From Octopus vulgaris (Eukaryota), in contig OX597816.1 of NCBI GenBank assembly GCA_951406725.2, positions 109,120,001 through 109,184,000 on the forward strand: 64,000 nucleotides of DNA, given 5' to 3'. The translations under genes were made by a program, and so were the position numbers. This document shows, one piece after another, positions 1 to 13,013 of the stretch; position 1 is the stretch's first letter, and each line of letters starts with the position of its first letter. The notes beneath the pieces are model-generated. The model saw only the letters and a list, made by a program, of their open reading frames with translations. It did not search any database and was not told the origin of the DNA.

Positions 1-3000
1 CTTCCATCTTGAAAAACTGATTAGTGTGTTTTTGATTTACTTTTGTGAATTACGATACAGTTATAACATGGTGTCAGAAATGTCGCCTGAATCGGATTAT
101 TGACTTTATCGACGTGTATTACATGTGCTGGCGTTGCTTCGCTGTTTTTCTTTATTGGCTCGTAACAAAGCTGATAGATGAATCGATAACCGACTTTAAT
201 TGAAATAATTGACCGAGTAACTTTTACTGTCAGACGAAAATTACTAAATGGCTGAATATTGGTTCTTACCTCCTAAGCCTATATCTCTTGTTAACCTACA
301 TGACGAATGTCGTCTGTTCAAGGAAAATTTTTACAAGATCTATGGTGGTTGTTTAAAAAGGATGAGTCAGCTAGTAAAATCAAAATTGCACTGCTACTAC
401 AGTATTGACACAGTATTTCAATTTCAGATATGGAAAGTAAAAATCTATATGTGGATATCATAGAAAACTTTGGCAATTTGTGCACACTACTAAACCAAAT
501 GGTTGAAATATTGATGACAGTCTGACGGATCTAAAACACCAGGCTCTGAGAAAACAGTGCATATGAGTTTAATGGCTTGACTGAGAGTTTGGTTTTGTGT
601 ACATTGGTCATCGGTCTAGATAATATGTCATTAGAATTCAAAAAAAGTAAAGGAGCTGATAATTTTAACCAGGCTAAATCTGTAACCATTTTGTGAAGAG
701 CTGAAGAAGCCTACAGAAACCTAAATAGTAATAATATTACACATCTTATTAGATATGCCAATGAAATAAAGCTGATAAAAATGCAAAAAGCAGTTGAAGT
801 TACAATTCTGGTGTTCAGTTTTGTCCTGTTTGTAGCAAAGAGTGTTATAAGTGCGTTAAGTTTGGCCATTTTACGAAAGGAAGCAAATCTAAAACGGCTG
901 CTAAGCCAAAACGAAAAATATACAACCAGACAAACTAATGATCATACAAAAATAGATATCTTGTTTGTGGGGATATTGAATAGTGGAAAGACTACGTCGC
1001 CATGTACATTGTCAACATGACGTATTGTTATACACACAAGCAAAAAAACAAAAACAAAAAAACAAAGAACCCCCCCCCCCCAAAAAAAAAACCCCGCAAT
1101 GCTTTAATATTGACTGATGCTGAGTATTTATAAGAATTTTTGTTACTAATGTAGAATACATACAGTACATCTGAAGTTATATAATGACACGTGTAATAAT
1201 TGCACAGTTTCCATACACTTTTAAATGATTTTCTTATCGTAGAAACTAATTATCTGAAGTGACGATTGTGTAAATCTTGGGTTACTTAAAAAAATATAAA
1301 AACTGAAGAACTTACAACATAAATAGTGTCAAATTTCGCAAATTTATTAGAAAAGTCTGCAGGTGTTTTTGAATGATTTTCTGTTATTGACGATAAACAT
1401 GTAAGAATAAATCAAGTGTATAGAACAAGAACTGAAATCTAAGTCTGGTAAAATTTCTTCTAGTCATGCTTCACTATAGCCTCATAATTCCAGTGGAATC
1501 ACACGTCTATAAGACAGGGTAACATCCCTGGCAAAGTTTATACATTACTTTTCAGAGATTAAGCTTTTAAGAAAGCTAAGTAAGAGATCTCTCACTTAGC
1601 AATGGACTTCATTTGAAAAAAAGAAAACAGCTCTACAGTTTGCTGTGAGTGCCTTACCATTATTAAGTTACATTAACTTAAGAAATCTTGTATTAATATC
1701 AGTAGATGCAATCAAACCCACCACTGGTATCGTTCTGCAACAAGTATACTGTCCAATTCCATATTCATTTAGGGCATTGATTTCAAATGAAGAAAAATGG
1801 AGTCAAAACGAGAACAAAGCTAAGAGTGGTAAGTTTTGATACTGTACATTTCACAAGCACATTTATGGGAGATCATTTCTTGTTAAGACATACCAAAAAC
1901 CTTTGATAAACGTGCTGGGAAAAACATCTTTACAAGGCTTGGCAATGTTACAGGACACGATGTGTAAACTGAAATAAGGTGTGCTCTCTCTATATATAAA
2001 CGAGTTGGGTGGAGGAAGAATGGAAACTTACGGATGCTCTTAGTTGTGCAATGTGATTCAGACAATCTAATCTATGAAACTGAATTATTGCTAACATAAT
2101 ACTTCAAATGAGAGATGCAAACATGAAAGTAGAAACTTAATACCAATCAACTGACTGAAGTTCAGGAACATTGCTGGCCTAGAAAACACTGTCTGTTATC
2201 AGAGACTATTGGGACTTTTCGGAACTGCAACGACGAATTAACAAACGTCCAGAGTACAGTATTGAAAAGCTTCTAAGTAGTTTTATGGGCAATGAAATGA
2301 CAAATGCTTAACTATATACACGTGTCACATTTTGGTCACCCGCGGTGCCTAAAGAGGAAAGGAAAATTACTGTATGGACTTCAGATATCAACATATATCA
2401 TTGAACTGTTTGATAAGTGAAATATCTCTATGTAGCACCAACGGAAACTTCCAGAAGATATGAAGACATTTTTAATCATAATTTGATCAACCAATGGGGT
2501 TGATTCGTTTCAGTATAAGAACATTCTTGTGGATTTATTGAATATAGTAAACTGCGAGGCAAAAAAATGCCAAACTAATAAATCACATTAAATCTGAGAC
2601 ATTGTACTTCCCTGAAAACTTATGACAAGCAATGGGGATGCAGTTTAGCAGAATTCTCTAATACAGTTTTAGCGTGGAGCTTCCATTCCACTTATCAACA
2701 GTCTAACACCATATCTGTAAGAGTGTGTGTTTGTTTTAGAGAGAGGGAGAGAGATAGAGAGAAAGAAAGAATGAAAAGGAGAGAAAGAGAGAGAGGGAGA
2801 AAGGGAGAGAAAGAGAGAGAGAGAGAGAAAGAAAGGGAGAGAGAGAAAGAGAGAAAAGATAGAGGAAAAGATGATAGAGAGAGATAAAAAGAAAGGAAGA
2901 GAGAGAGAGAGCTGATAGAATCTTGAGATCGCTGCTGGAGAAAGCAGATGATCCTTACTTATTCTTTCAGACTGCTAGAATACACTTTAGTCGGAGTATA

Positions 3001-3370
3001 TAGCATTTTCCGTAGTTCAGCTATTTCTTCAAAGAATCAGAACCTTACAATCTATCACTAATCTCCTGTTGAAAGTTGATATATCTAAATACACCCAAAC
3101 TTATGAAATGGTAGAGAGAACAAAACAAACGAATATCGATGGATGCTTGTAGATATGACTGGAAGGAGCAGTGGAAAAAGTTACAAACGTGAATAATAGT
3201 TAGTAAAGTACCAACAAAGCAGTAAGCATTAGTTCATTTGAAATCTACCTGTCACTAAAACAGTGACGTACAGTGAAAGAATTAGTCGTCATTGATTTTT
3301 TTTCTTGACAACAAACTATCAATGTTTGTATTGTTTACGGTTACCGCTTTATTGTTTTATGATACAGAAA
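1..3370 (+). mobile_element. Degraded Ty3/Gypsy LTR retrotransposon (end of 5' LTR, PBS, gag-pol remnants, probable 3' LTR)
   Basis: LTR-like end ...TAACA at 68 is followed directly by PBS-like TGGTGTCAGAA (69-79). Gag N-terminus-like LPPKPISL at 248+. Zinc knuckle CPVCSKECYKCVKFGHFTK at 822-878. FNID protease-like remnant ~1100, DALS(C)A ~2033, integrase-like remnants ~2170-3080. 3303-3367 weakly resembles 7-60 (tcttga..aaact...tta.gatacag). Many stops and frameshifts. Confidence 0.8.
2738..2911. repeat. (GA)n-rich microsatellite inside the Gypsy element
   Basis: Direct sequence. Confidence 0.95.
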
Positions 3371-3393
3371 CTGGCTTGGGGAAAAACAACCAT

Positions 3394-3781
3394 ATTTACC
3401 TCCGCCAAAGAAGGAGGTTATGTTTTCATCGGTATTGGTTTGTCCGTCTGTCCAACTGTGTGTAAAATAACTCAAAAAGTTGTGAACGGTATTTGATGAA
3501 ACTTGCAGAAAATATTAGTAATGATACAAAGAAACAGATGATGAAATTTTGGTAGTGATCCAGGAATTTTTATGTATTCTTGAAGGAGTTTTCATTTGTT
3601 ACGTTTACTTTACATGAAGTATTACAATGTTACGTTCTTTGATTATCTCCCTTGAAAACGCGTTCATCGTTTCCACATAACTTATGGTGGCGTTGCTGTT
3701 TCCAAAGTTTATTTTCGTTTCTCTATTAGTAATTTTATCCGCGTATCTATCTTAAAATGAGCTGCTTGGCGGAGGTCTGCG
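3394..3781 (+). mobile_element. Non-autonomous Helentron/HINE-like element
   Basis: Subterminal inverted repeats ACCTCCGCCAA (3398-3408) and TTGGCGGAGGT (3766-3776). The 5' IR is followed by a partial inverted copy GGAGGTTATGTTTTC and a GTTT/GTCC microrepeat, the layout of DINE-1/HINE elements. Confidence 0.7.
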
Positions 3782-4260
3782 GAGGATGACACGACAAGCC
3801 TTGACTATTGGGAATGACTCAAAAAGCTCAGGCTTTGCTCCCTCCACCGCCGCTGTGAGCTCTATATCATCTGTATGATGTAGAAAATATTCCATCAATA
3901 TTACCCATCTTTAAAATTCGTCCGAGGCTTGGCCCCGTGCCATCCGTCCACTATAGAAATGTTCGTGTCGTATAACAACACTATGGCAGAACTATTTCAC
4001 TTCAATTGGCCCTGATCTCTTCAACATCGTGCCAGACACACATAAAGGAGGAAAGTGACTTCACGGCATTGAAACGATCCCAAGATGATTATCCCCAACA
4101 AATACCAGATAAACTACCCACGCCCAGATATGTCTCTGAAAACAATAAACCTCTGCTTGAATGGCCTACGGTTCCCTAGAGCTGACTGTGTATCTCTTCC
4201 AGGTGGTGCTACTAAATTAAACATGGCCTGAGTCAACTTTGGCTGTAATCTAATCTAAGT
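3782..4260 (+). mobile_element. 3' fragment of a CR1/Jockey-group LINE
   Basis: Translates SLDYWE*LKKLRLCSLHRRCELYIICMM*KI, then GPDLFNIVP, typical post-RT C-terminal motifs. Ends in a short (TAATC) repeat tail. Confidence 0.75.
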
Positions 4261-4679
4261 TGTAACCTTTTCATCAAAGCATGACAACGTGGATAGAGGC
4301 TGATATCTTAACATTTCTGATGGTCTTAAGTATATAAAAAAAAATTATTAAAGATTTATATAGGACTACATTCAGAGTATGTGTGTAATACAGTTTACAT
4401 GAGTAAAGATAGAAGAGTACTTCCTGCAAACATAGGGTGAAATATTTGTATTGATACATTGATTCAGTTCTGATAAATCCCAGACCAACGTTACTCAGAG
4501 CTTCATATTTAAATAGCTTCAACATTTGACAAGTGTAGTGATGGCACGGTATTTGATTCGAAAGAAAGCAACATGTATAAGGAGAACTCGCCGAGTAGCC
4601 ATTTAAGGAGCCATAATGTTGCAAGATATTTTTTTCTTAATAGTATCACGACTGCATCTTCGGAGAGGAAACTTATCCA

Positions 4680-4905
4680 ACTATTTAGCATTCAGATTAC
4701 TCTGTCAAATGTAATGCTTATTTATTCATATTGCTTTGAGTTAACCATGTAATTATCTCGTAGCTTTGAGATTATAATGACGTGATTGTAAATTATAAGA
4801 ATGACGTTGTAGGATAGGTGTGAGAAGTTGGATCTGACAAGTTTGAACCTGAAACAGATAGAATATATGAGTCTGGTATGGCTGGTGTAAATGCAGAAGG
4901 GTTAA
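4680..4905. mobile_element. Short MITE with TTTAGCATT...AATGC-AAGGGTTAA ends (piggyBac-like TTAA terminus)
   Basis: Imperfect terminal inverted repeats and a GGGTTAA right end, followed by a local 21-bp duplication GGGTTAAAGGGAAATGCAAAA. Resembles a recurrent octopus MITE from memory. Confidence 0.55.
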
Positions 4906-5202
4906 AGGGAAATGCAAAAGGGTTAAAGGGAAATGCAAAAGTAGAGTGAAAATGATGGAGCTGTAATATAGGGAAAATGGCGTGCAAAGGTGAGATGAAG
5001 AAGGGGATGATGTTTCAAAAAGGAAAGAAGGGAGAAAAGGAGTTTAAAACTATGTAATATAATAAATAAATACAAAAATACATAAATGGGGTTACAGAAA
5101 TGACATGCATCAGTAAATCAATGTTAATAGTCTCAAAAGAATTGTAATATCAATTAGTTTTGTGGTTAACAGAGAAACAGAAGATATCTTTTCTTAAATA
5201 GG

Positions 5203-5370
5203 CACACACGCATACATATATACGTATGAATACACACACATACACATACATAAATATATGTGTATACATATATATATACAAACACACACACACATATATT
5301 TATATATATATATATACATACATACATATATATATATACGTGCGTGTGTATGTTTTTGTATATATGTATA

Positions 5371-5453
<83 letters not shown>

Positions 5454-5952
5454 CATGTACATATGTATATGCATACATATGTATGTATATATATGCATTG
5501 ATATAAATGTATATATATATATATATATATATATACATTTACATATGCATACATATATATATGTATACATATACAGACACATACATACACACACGCACAC
5601 ATACACACACATACATACACACACACATGTATGTATGTGTGTGTGTGTGCGTGCGTGTGTGTATGTGTATGTGTGTGTGTGTGTGTTTGTCCTCCCACAA
5701 TCGTTTGACGGCGGGTGCTATGTTTATGCTCCCGTAACGTAGAGGTTCGGCAAAATAGATCGATAGAATAAGTAAACAGACTTGAAAAAAAAAAAGAACA
5801 ATTCATTCGACTAAAAATTTTTTCAACGCGGTGCTCCAGCATGGTCGCAGTCTAATGACAGAAATAAGTAAAAGGTGAAAGGTATACATATATATATAAA
5901 CACAAATACACATACAAACATACATATATACATACACACATACACACATATG

Positions 5953-6046
<94 letters not shown>

Positions 6047-6253
6047 TAAATCCGCCTACTTATACAGAATTTATTTTTTCTAAGACATAATTAATGTTTT
6101 GAAGTGAAAAAAAAGAAGTGATGAAAACTTGAAAAAAACTTCCCCTCTAAAAAGGAAAGAATTTTTATAGTTTTATCACGACAACTGATTTAAAATTTCA
6201 AAGAGTTATTTATAATCCTATTAATTTTCGTTACTCATACACATATACACGCG

Positions 6254-6295
<42 letters not shown>

Positions 6296-6524
6296 AGTGA
6301 GACACACTAATACACATATACATTCTCATCTGCCTTCTTATCTACCTACCTGCCTGCCTACATACCTACCTGCCTACCTACCTATCCACCTACCTACATA
6401 CATATATATAATATGTATGTATATTAATGTTTATTATTGTTTATATATGCATATGTATGTACACACACATGCGCGCGTGCACACACATATGTATATATAT
6501 ATATTATATAATACACATATATAT

Positions 6525-6559
<35 letters not shown>

Positions 6560-6742
6560 TGTTTATATACGTAGAGTTATCTATCGATTCATTTATGTAT
6601 CTATATAAAGAGAAAGACACACACACACATGGATATCAACCACACATCAACAAATGCTCATACACACACATATACATACACATGCATACATACATGCATA
6701 TATATACATGCATATATATATATATGTATATATATATATACA

Positions 6743-6796
<54 letters not shown>

Positions 6797-7080
6797 TACA
6801 TATATAAATATACATATACACATATATTTACATATACACTTATACATACTCTCAGACAGACACAGACAGACAGACACACACACACACACACACACAAGGA
6901 CGTATATGCGCATTTATTGAAATCGCGAAGGAAATAAAATATGAAACCAAGTATAAATTACATAATTATATGGACAGACAATACAACACCTGTATCTCAC
7001 TCACTGTATGTGTGTGTATATATATATATATATGTGCATGAATGTATACGTATTTATGTGTGTGTGTATGTATGTATGTA
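5203..7080. repeat. Compound (TA)n/(CA)n/(TG)n microsatellite field
   Basis: Direct sequence. Source of all YI/HT/CV-repeat ORFs here. Confidence 0.95.
5685..5880 (+). mobile_element. SINE 3' half (family with GGTGCTCCAGCATGGCCGCAG...ACTGAAACAAGTAAAAG tail)
   Basis: Same sequence recurs at 11640-11725, 11950-12155 and, inverted, at 35712-35930. Confidence 0.8.
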
Positions 7081-7242
7081 TTAGAGAAGTGAAGTAGAGA
7101 TATTCTATTGTTGTCTGTCAAGTAATTTATGTTTGTCTTCATATTCTCTTTCATTCACGGTTGCGTTGCAATGTCTGTAAAAATAAATACTTCTTGATCT
7201 TGTTCTTGTTTTCTTAACAGCATTTTGAATTCGGAAAAATAA

Positions 7243-7328
7243 ACTCCTCCTCCCCCTCCTCCTCCTTCTCCTTCTCCTCCTCCTTCTCCTTCTCCTCCTC
7301 CTCCTCCTCGTCGTCGTCGTCGTTATCG

Positions 7329-7372
<44 letters not shown>

Positions 7373-7405
7373 GTCGTCGTCGTCGACGTTATCATCATCA
7401 TCATC

Positions 7406-7453
<48 letters not shown>

Positions 7454-7474
7454 GTCGTCGTCGTCGTCGTTATC

Positions 7475-7564
<90 letters not shown>

Positions 7565-7625
7565 GCCGCCGCCGCCGTCGTCATCATCATCGTCTTCGTC
7601 TTCGTCGTCGTCGTCATCATTATTA
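7243..7625. repeat. Trinucleotide array (CCT)n/(CGT)n/(CAT)n
   Basis: Direct sequence. Confidence 0.95.
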
Positions 7626-8242
7626 TGTTGAAGATGTGCAGCGATGTGAAGAAATAAATAGAATTTCCTAATTTAAACAGTTTGGCAATTGTTGTTGCGG
7701 GAAATTTTGTGTTTCGATTAACATGTTTTGTTCAATAGGAATACCAATGTAATTACATATTTGAATAGAATACAATTAAACGTCAATCTAAAAGCACCAC
7801 CTACAATAATAACAAGAACAAGAACTACAGCAACGTTGACTAAAAAAGATAAAAATAATAACGATATTAATATAAACAATAACAGCAACATTATTAAGAG
7901 ATAGAATCCCATTGTCTTTTGCAATCTGCAAATAAAATTGCTGATGTATTAAATATCTTGGTTTTTATTATTCTTTTTGCTTTTGACTGCTTTCATTCAT
8001 GAATTGTGTTTTTCAGTTAAGTAGATGTAATTTGTAATGCATAAAGATGATGTATGCAGAATAGGCTTATGGATTAGATATCGACTTACTTTTTACGAGA
8101 AACGGTGCTGATTTTGTTTATGGAATTTAGTGCCTCGTGGCAGAGCCGGATTAAACTACGGCGGAGCCTATTGTACGTGTTTTACAGAACTATAAATTAA
8201 AGGAAAAAAACCACAACTATATGCATAAATATATTCCTTTAT

Positions 8243-8440
8243 ATTATAGGAACAAGGCCTAAAATTTTACGGGAGGGAGCTAGTCTATTACATCGACCCC
8301 AGTGCGTAACTGGTACTTATTTCATCGACCTTGAAAGCAAAAGTCGGCCTCGGTGGAATTTGAATTCAGAACGTAACGACAGACAAAATGCCGTTAAGTA
8401 GTTTGCCCAGCATGATAACGATTCTGCCGCCTCGCCGTCT
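8243..8440 (-). mobile_element. tRNA-derived SINE (Meta-domain-like core), nested in the hAT element
   Basis: Minus strand reads GGCGAGGCGGCAGAATCGTT, a B-box-like GAATTCAAATTCC, and GGTCGATGAAATAAGTACCAG. Homologous to 18237-18449. Confidence 0.85.
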
Positions 8441-8479
8441 TAGTAGAACTAACTATTAAAACACATTAATGTTGTACTA

Positions 8480-11000
8480 TGTAAACTATATTTCAAAAAT
8501 TGCATTTAACTGAAAATACTGGAAATGCCTACTGCACTCAGAAATCCTCGTCAAATTCCCATTACAGTGAGATTATTCAGTCTGTTTTAACCCATAATGT
8601 TCATTAGTTCAATTTTAATCCTTTTTCACTTTTGAAAAATGAATGTTCTCCGCCACAGCTGGTAACTACAAATGCCAAATAGTCGCGAAAGGTATTTCCT
8701 ACAGTTTGAAAACAAAACTTTGAAGGATTGTCTGTTAGTAAGTGGCAAAGCTGTAACTCTGTAAGGCCTTGTTTGACCCAAACATGAGGAGATTGATCGG
8801 TTCAAAAAGGTTCCATAAAGCTCACAAATTCTTCCCTAAAACTTTCTTCCAGATCTTTCAGTTATGATTTGATATGATTTAATGATGTCTTTTCAATTTG
8901 TTAGGGATTAACGAGTGTAACTGATGAAGGAATACAAATACGCTATTCATCTTTTGATAAACATTTTTGCATTTTGACAAGGCAGAAAGAAAGTTATGAT
9001 TAATAATGAGAAATGTTGATTTTAAAATTCGGAGGAGTTTGTTATTCAACAAGTGGATTAAAATACCGTAATCACTGAAATAATGAAACTCCTAATTGTG
9101 CTTCGTGTCATATCCTTGGCTTTTTGGTTAATATCTAAAAAAAAAAAGTAAAATAGTTTGAATACATTTATGCAAACATTGAGACGCACAAACCGTATTT
9201 AAGTTTTACCTAGAAGATTGCAAAGAAATACTACTCATTTGAAAACAGTGTAATATTTGATTCCCATAATATTATCGTTACTCTTCGTTCTAATTTCTGT
9301 TGTTGACAAGCTGTTTTTTTGGAAATAGTGTTAGTTGAAATGTCATCCAGAACCCATTTTATTAAAGAAAAGCAATGTTTTTGTTTCAAATGCATGAGCT
9401 AACCTTTTGAATCTGATATTCTTTATACAAAAAAGCAAATGAGTGCCATCACCAGATAATGTAACACAGAAAATAAATCTCACCAATCTCATCAAAAATT
9501 TCACAAAAGAAATTATGTGGACGGTTTTTCAGTCAAAGAATAATAATGCTTTCATGCTTCTTGACAATATCCATGTGCAAACATGAAAGGTAATCTGCAA
9601 ATTCGTTTTTGGACTTGGCTTGCAAGATTCTTTATATGAGTTCGTGTGTTGAAGCATATTCTGTTGTGACTGGGGAGAGTCATTTTCTTTTTGTGCCTTA
9701 TTATGTAACACACTCACCGGTAAAATTTCCACTTTTTTCTTATTTTTATTGTCCTAAAATTTTCGTTGCGTCTTGCAACCTTTTCAATAGTTTTGACTCT
9801 CAAAACTATTGAAAGTCAAATCTATTGAGAGTCAAAACTATTGAAAAGGTTGCAAGACACAACGAAAATTTTAGGAAAATAAAGAAATAAGAAAAAATTG
9901 GAAATTTTACCAGTGAGTGTGTTACATAATAAGGCACAAAAAGAAAATGACTCTCCCCAGTCACAACAGAATCTGCAATTTTATTTACCTTTTCAATTCG
10001 TGTTTGTAGGTCAGTATACTTACCAATCATGTTGCTGGTATTGTCAGAGCTCCGAACACGGTAGACTTTATATCAATGCTATTTACCTTTACAAAGTCAA
10101 GTAAACATTAAGTTGTTGAGCACTATAACCTTCTTTTAACTGATTCAGTATTCTGAATCCAAAAGTTGTTGAATTCCTTTATGTAATTTCAGATAGGTAA
10201 TCTATGTTGCTTATATTTATTTGCATCAGTATTATATGTTCATCCAGAAAAAGTTTAAACTTAGCCATTAATTCTAGCAATCTTATGTAATCTTTGTTAT
10301 GAAGAAACCCAAGTGTTATCGCTAGCACAGAGTGAAAGACTTCGTTCTGCTACCATTCCAAATTTTCGTTTTAAAATGTACACCTATGATTTTGTTCAGT
10401 CTCCTTTCAGCTCTGGTTTTGTGTATCAGCAGTGAAATTAAAGATAATCTATGCCAGGAACTTTCTTCATGCTGACCTAATTGATTACTTGTATTTTTCA
10501 ATCTATTAAACCTCTCTCCATTAAGATTAAGTCACTATTTTGAAGTTATAACCTTGAATGAAAGTAAAGAGTAGGCCTTCTTTGTCTTCTGAAATCAGCT
10601 GCAGGTCTATAATACACCGCTTGTAGGATAGTAAAAATGTTTAGACACTGTTTGTATTTAGCTGAACTTAAACGAAGCCATTTTATTGAATTATCATTAA
10701 TTTTAAAGACCTAATTCCATATTTGAAAGAATAATGTATACAGATTAGTTAGCAAAGGGTGGTAGGGGTTAAAGCTAGATTTATATTTTACTAGAGAGTT
10801 GGTTTCTATTTATTTCTATGGATCCAACTGAATATTTAAAGGACAGATGTATATAGGCCAGCTGTCAAAAAGAGGCTGAATGTAATTGAATGAATACATG
10901 GGCCCTACCATTTATTATTTTACCTAAAGCTTGATCATTAAATGCTAGCTGACGTATTTGAGATATTTAAAAGATTAATTCTGGAAGACGCTAGTTTAGA
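8480..11000 (-). mobile_element. Degraded hAT (ZMYM1/DUF4371-type) transposase
   Basis: Minus-strand translation gives hAT dimerization motif VVTSCGGEHSF/SKVKRIK..MG*NRLNNL (~8560-8690), DNTSNMIGKYTDLQTRIEKVNKIA (~9975-10045) and LLELMAKF..FLDEHI (~10230-10280). Possible TIR CAGAGCCGGATTAA at 8141-8154. Confidence 0.8.
9658..9972. mobile_element. Foldback MITE (~146-bp arms, 21-bp spacer) inserted in the hAT transposase
   Basis: 9658-9803 is a near-perfect reverse complement of 9825-9972. Confidence 0.9.
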
Positions 11001-11639
11001 TACGGTAAATTAGGTTCGCATTCCTTTCCTTACCGAGATTCTGCCTCAATAAAAATCAAAGTAAGGCTCCTATTCAGCAAAGATACAGAAATGTATGGCA
11101 TGTTTGAAAGAGCAATCCGATTTACGAACATCTACAAGTGAATCAGAAATTAATGAAAATTTTATTTGCATTACTTTTTGACTTATCCCTCTTGTATATG
11201 AGGTTAAATCAAAAAGTAATACAAATAAGAAGTAATTTATTACTTTCCGACTCACCCTTGTGGTAACCGTCAACACGCCCAATATATCAGAAACCTACAA
11301 TCCCTCTCTGTTTATAGTATGTTGACTTTCACAGCATTTACGGAAACACTTCAAGCCAAAAATTAATTCTGTGGTAAATTTTAAAGGATCCTATTTTTGT
11401 TTTAAATCAAACCTAAAAAACGTAACTGAAGTACTCAAACACTACGCAAATTGATTAACATAGCATTCATACTTGAGCAAGTAAAATTACCAAGTTAAAT
11501 ACTCTGCTCCGATTCAGATCAGCCTTATATTATGTACATTTGTTTTCGCGGTCTATTACGGAAAATATAACTATATTAACAACATAAGATTAAAGTAGAA
11601 ACTATCTATGTATGCATAAAACTGTGTATGTGTGTGTCT

Positions 11640-12155
<516 letters not shown>

Positions 12156-12177
12156 ACACTAAAAAACTATGCCATTT

Positions 12178-12208
12178 TAATCCCGAGTAAGGCGGGTATC
12201 TCTGCTAG
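12178..12208 (+). mobile_element. Helitron-type 3' terminus
   Basis: Imperfect GC hairpin CCCGAGTAAGGCGGG followed about 10 nt later by CTAG|T. Confidence 0.5.
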
Positions 12209-12552
12209 TACACAATAAATGGTTTTACCTGTTTAAAAATCCTGACTTGATTTAATGGTTAGCATTACGGTGTCAAGTTTATATCAATCATCTCATTCAG
12301 GCCTATTACCTCACCATCTAGTCTATATTTTCTTTAAACATAAAAGATTTGGAAGAAATAGTGGCAATATGTGCCGGCAAAATCATATTTGCTAAACTTA
12401 CTAAACGCTCTTAAAACTTGTAGGATTGTATTACTTCTCTCAGTTCCTCTCAACTTCTGCTCAAGTGAAAAGATTAATGAAGCTTACTTAGATTGGAAAG
12501 GCAAAAACATGACCGTCCACTACACTACACTATTTCTTCCTGTATATTCCTT

Positions 12553-13013
12553 ATCAAAGGAAAAACGACTGAACGGTCTTTCAATGTTCGTATGAAAATC
12601 AGATCCGTCAAAAGTACGACATAAACCCGTATCAATAATGTGGCTGATGGAGGGTACCTCAGGAAATATTTAACAGAGAAACGGTAAGATCTCTTATAAG
12701 TAATATAGGGAGTTGGAAAGTTAATAGAAATTATCTAAGCAATTAATCGCTCTCTCTGTGTATATATTTAAAAGTTTAAAATCAAAGGAAAAACGACTGA
12801 ACGGTCTTTCAATGTTCGTATGAAAATCAGATCCGTCAAAAGTACGACATAAACCCGTATCAATAATGTGGCTGATGGAGGGTACCTCAGGAAATATTTA
12901 ACAGAGAAACGGTAAGATCTCTTATAAGTAATATAGGGAGTTGGAAAGTTAATAGAAATTATCTAAGCAATTAATCGCTCTCTGTGTGTATATATTTAAA
13001 AGTTTAAAATCAA
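12553..13013. repeat. 228-bp direct tandem duplication
   Basis: 12553-12780 is nearly identical to 12781-13008, with ATCAA microhomology at the junctions. Confidence 0.95.

Noticed and set aside
5166-7620. Long ORFs of YI/HT/CV/poly-M/poly-R (also at 11638-12159, 26757-28367, 32430-33231, 41229-42807, 56541-56903, 62841-63128)
   Set aside because: Translations of microsatellites that lack stop codons; no coding complexity.
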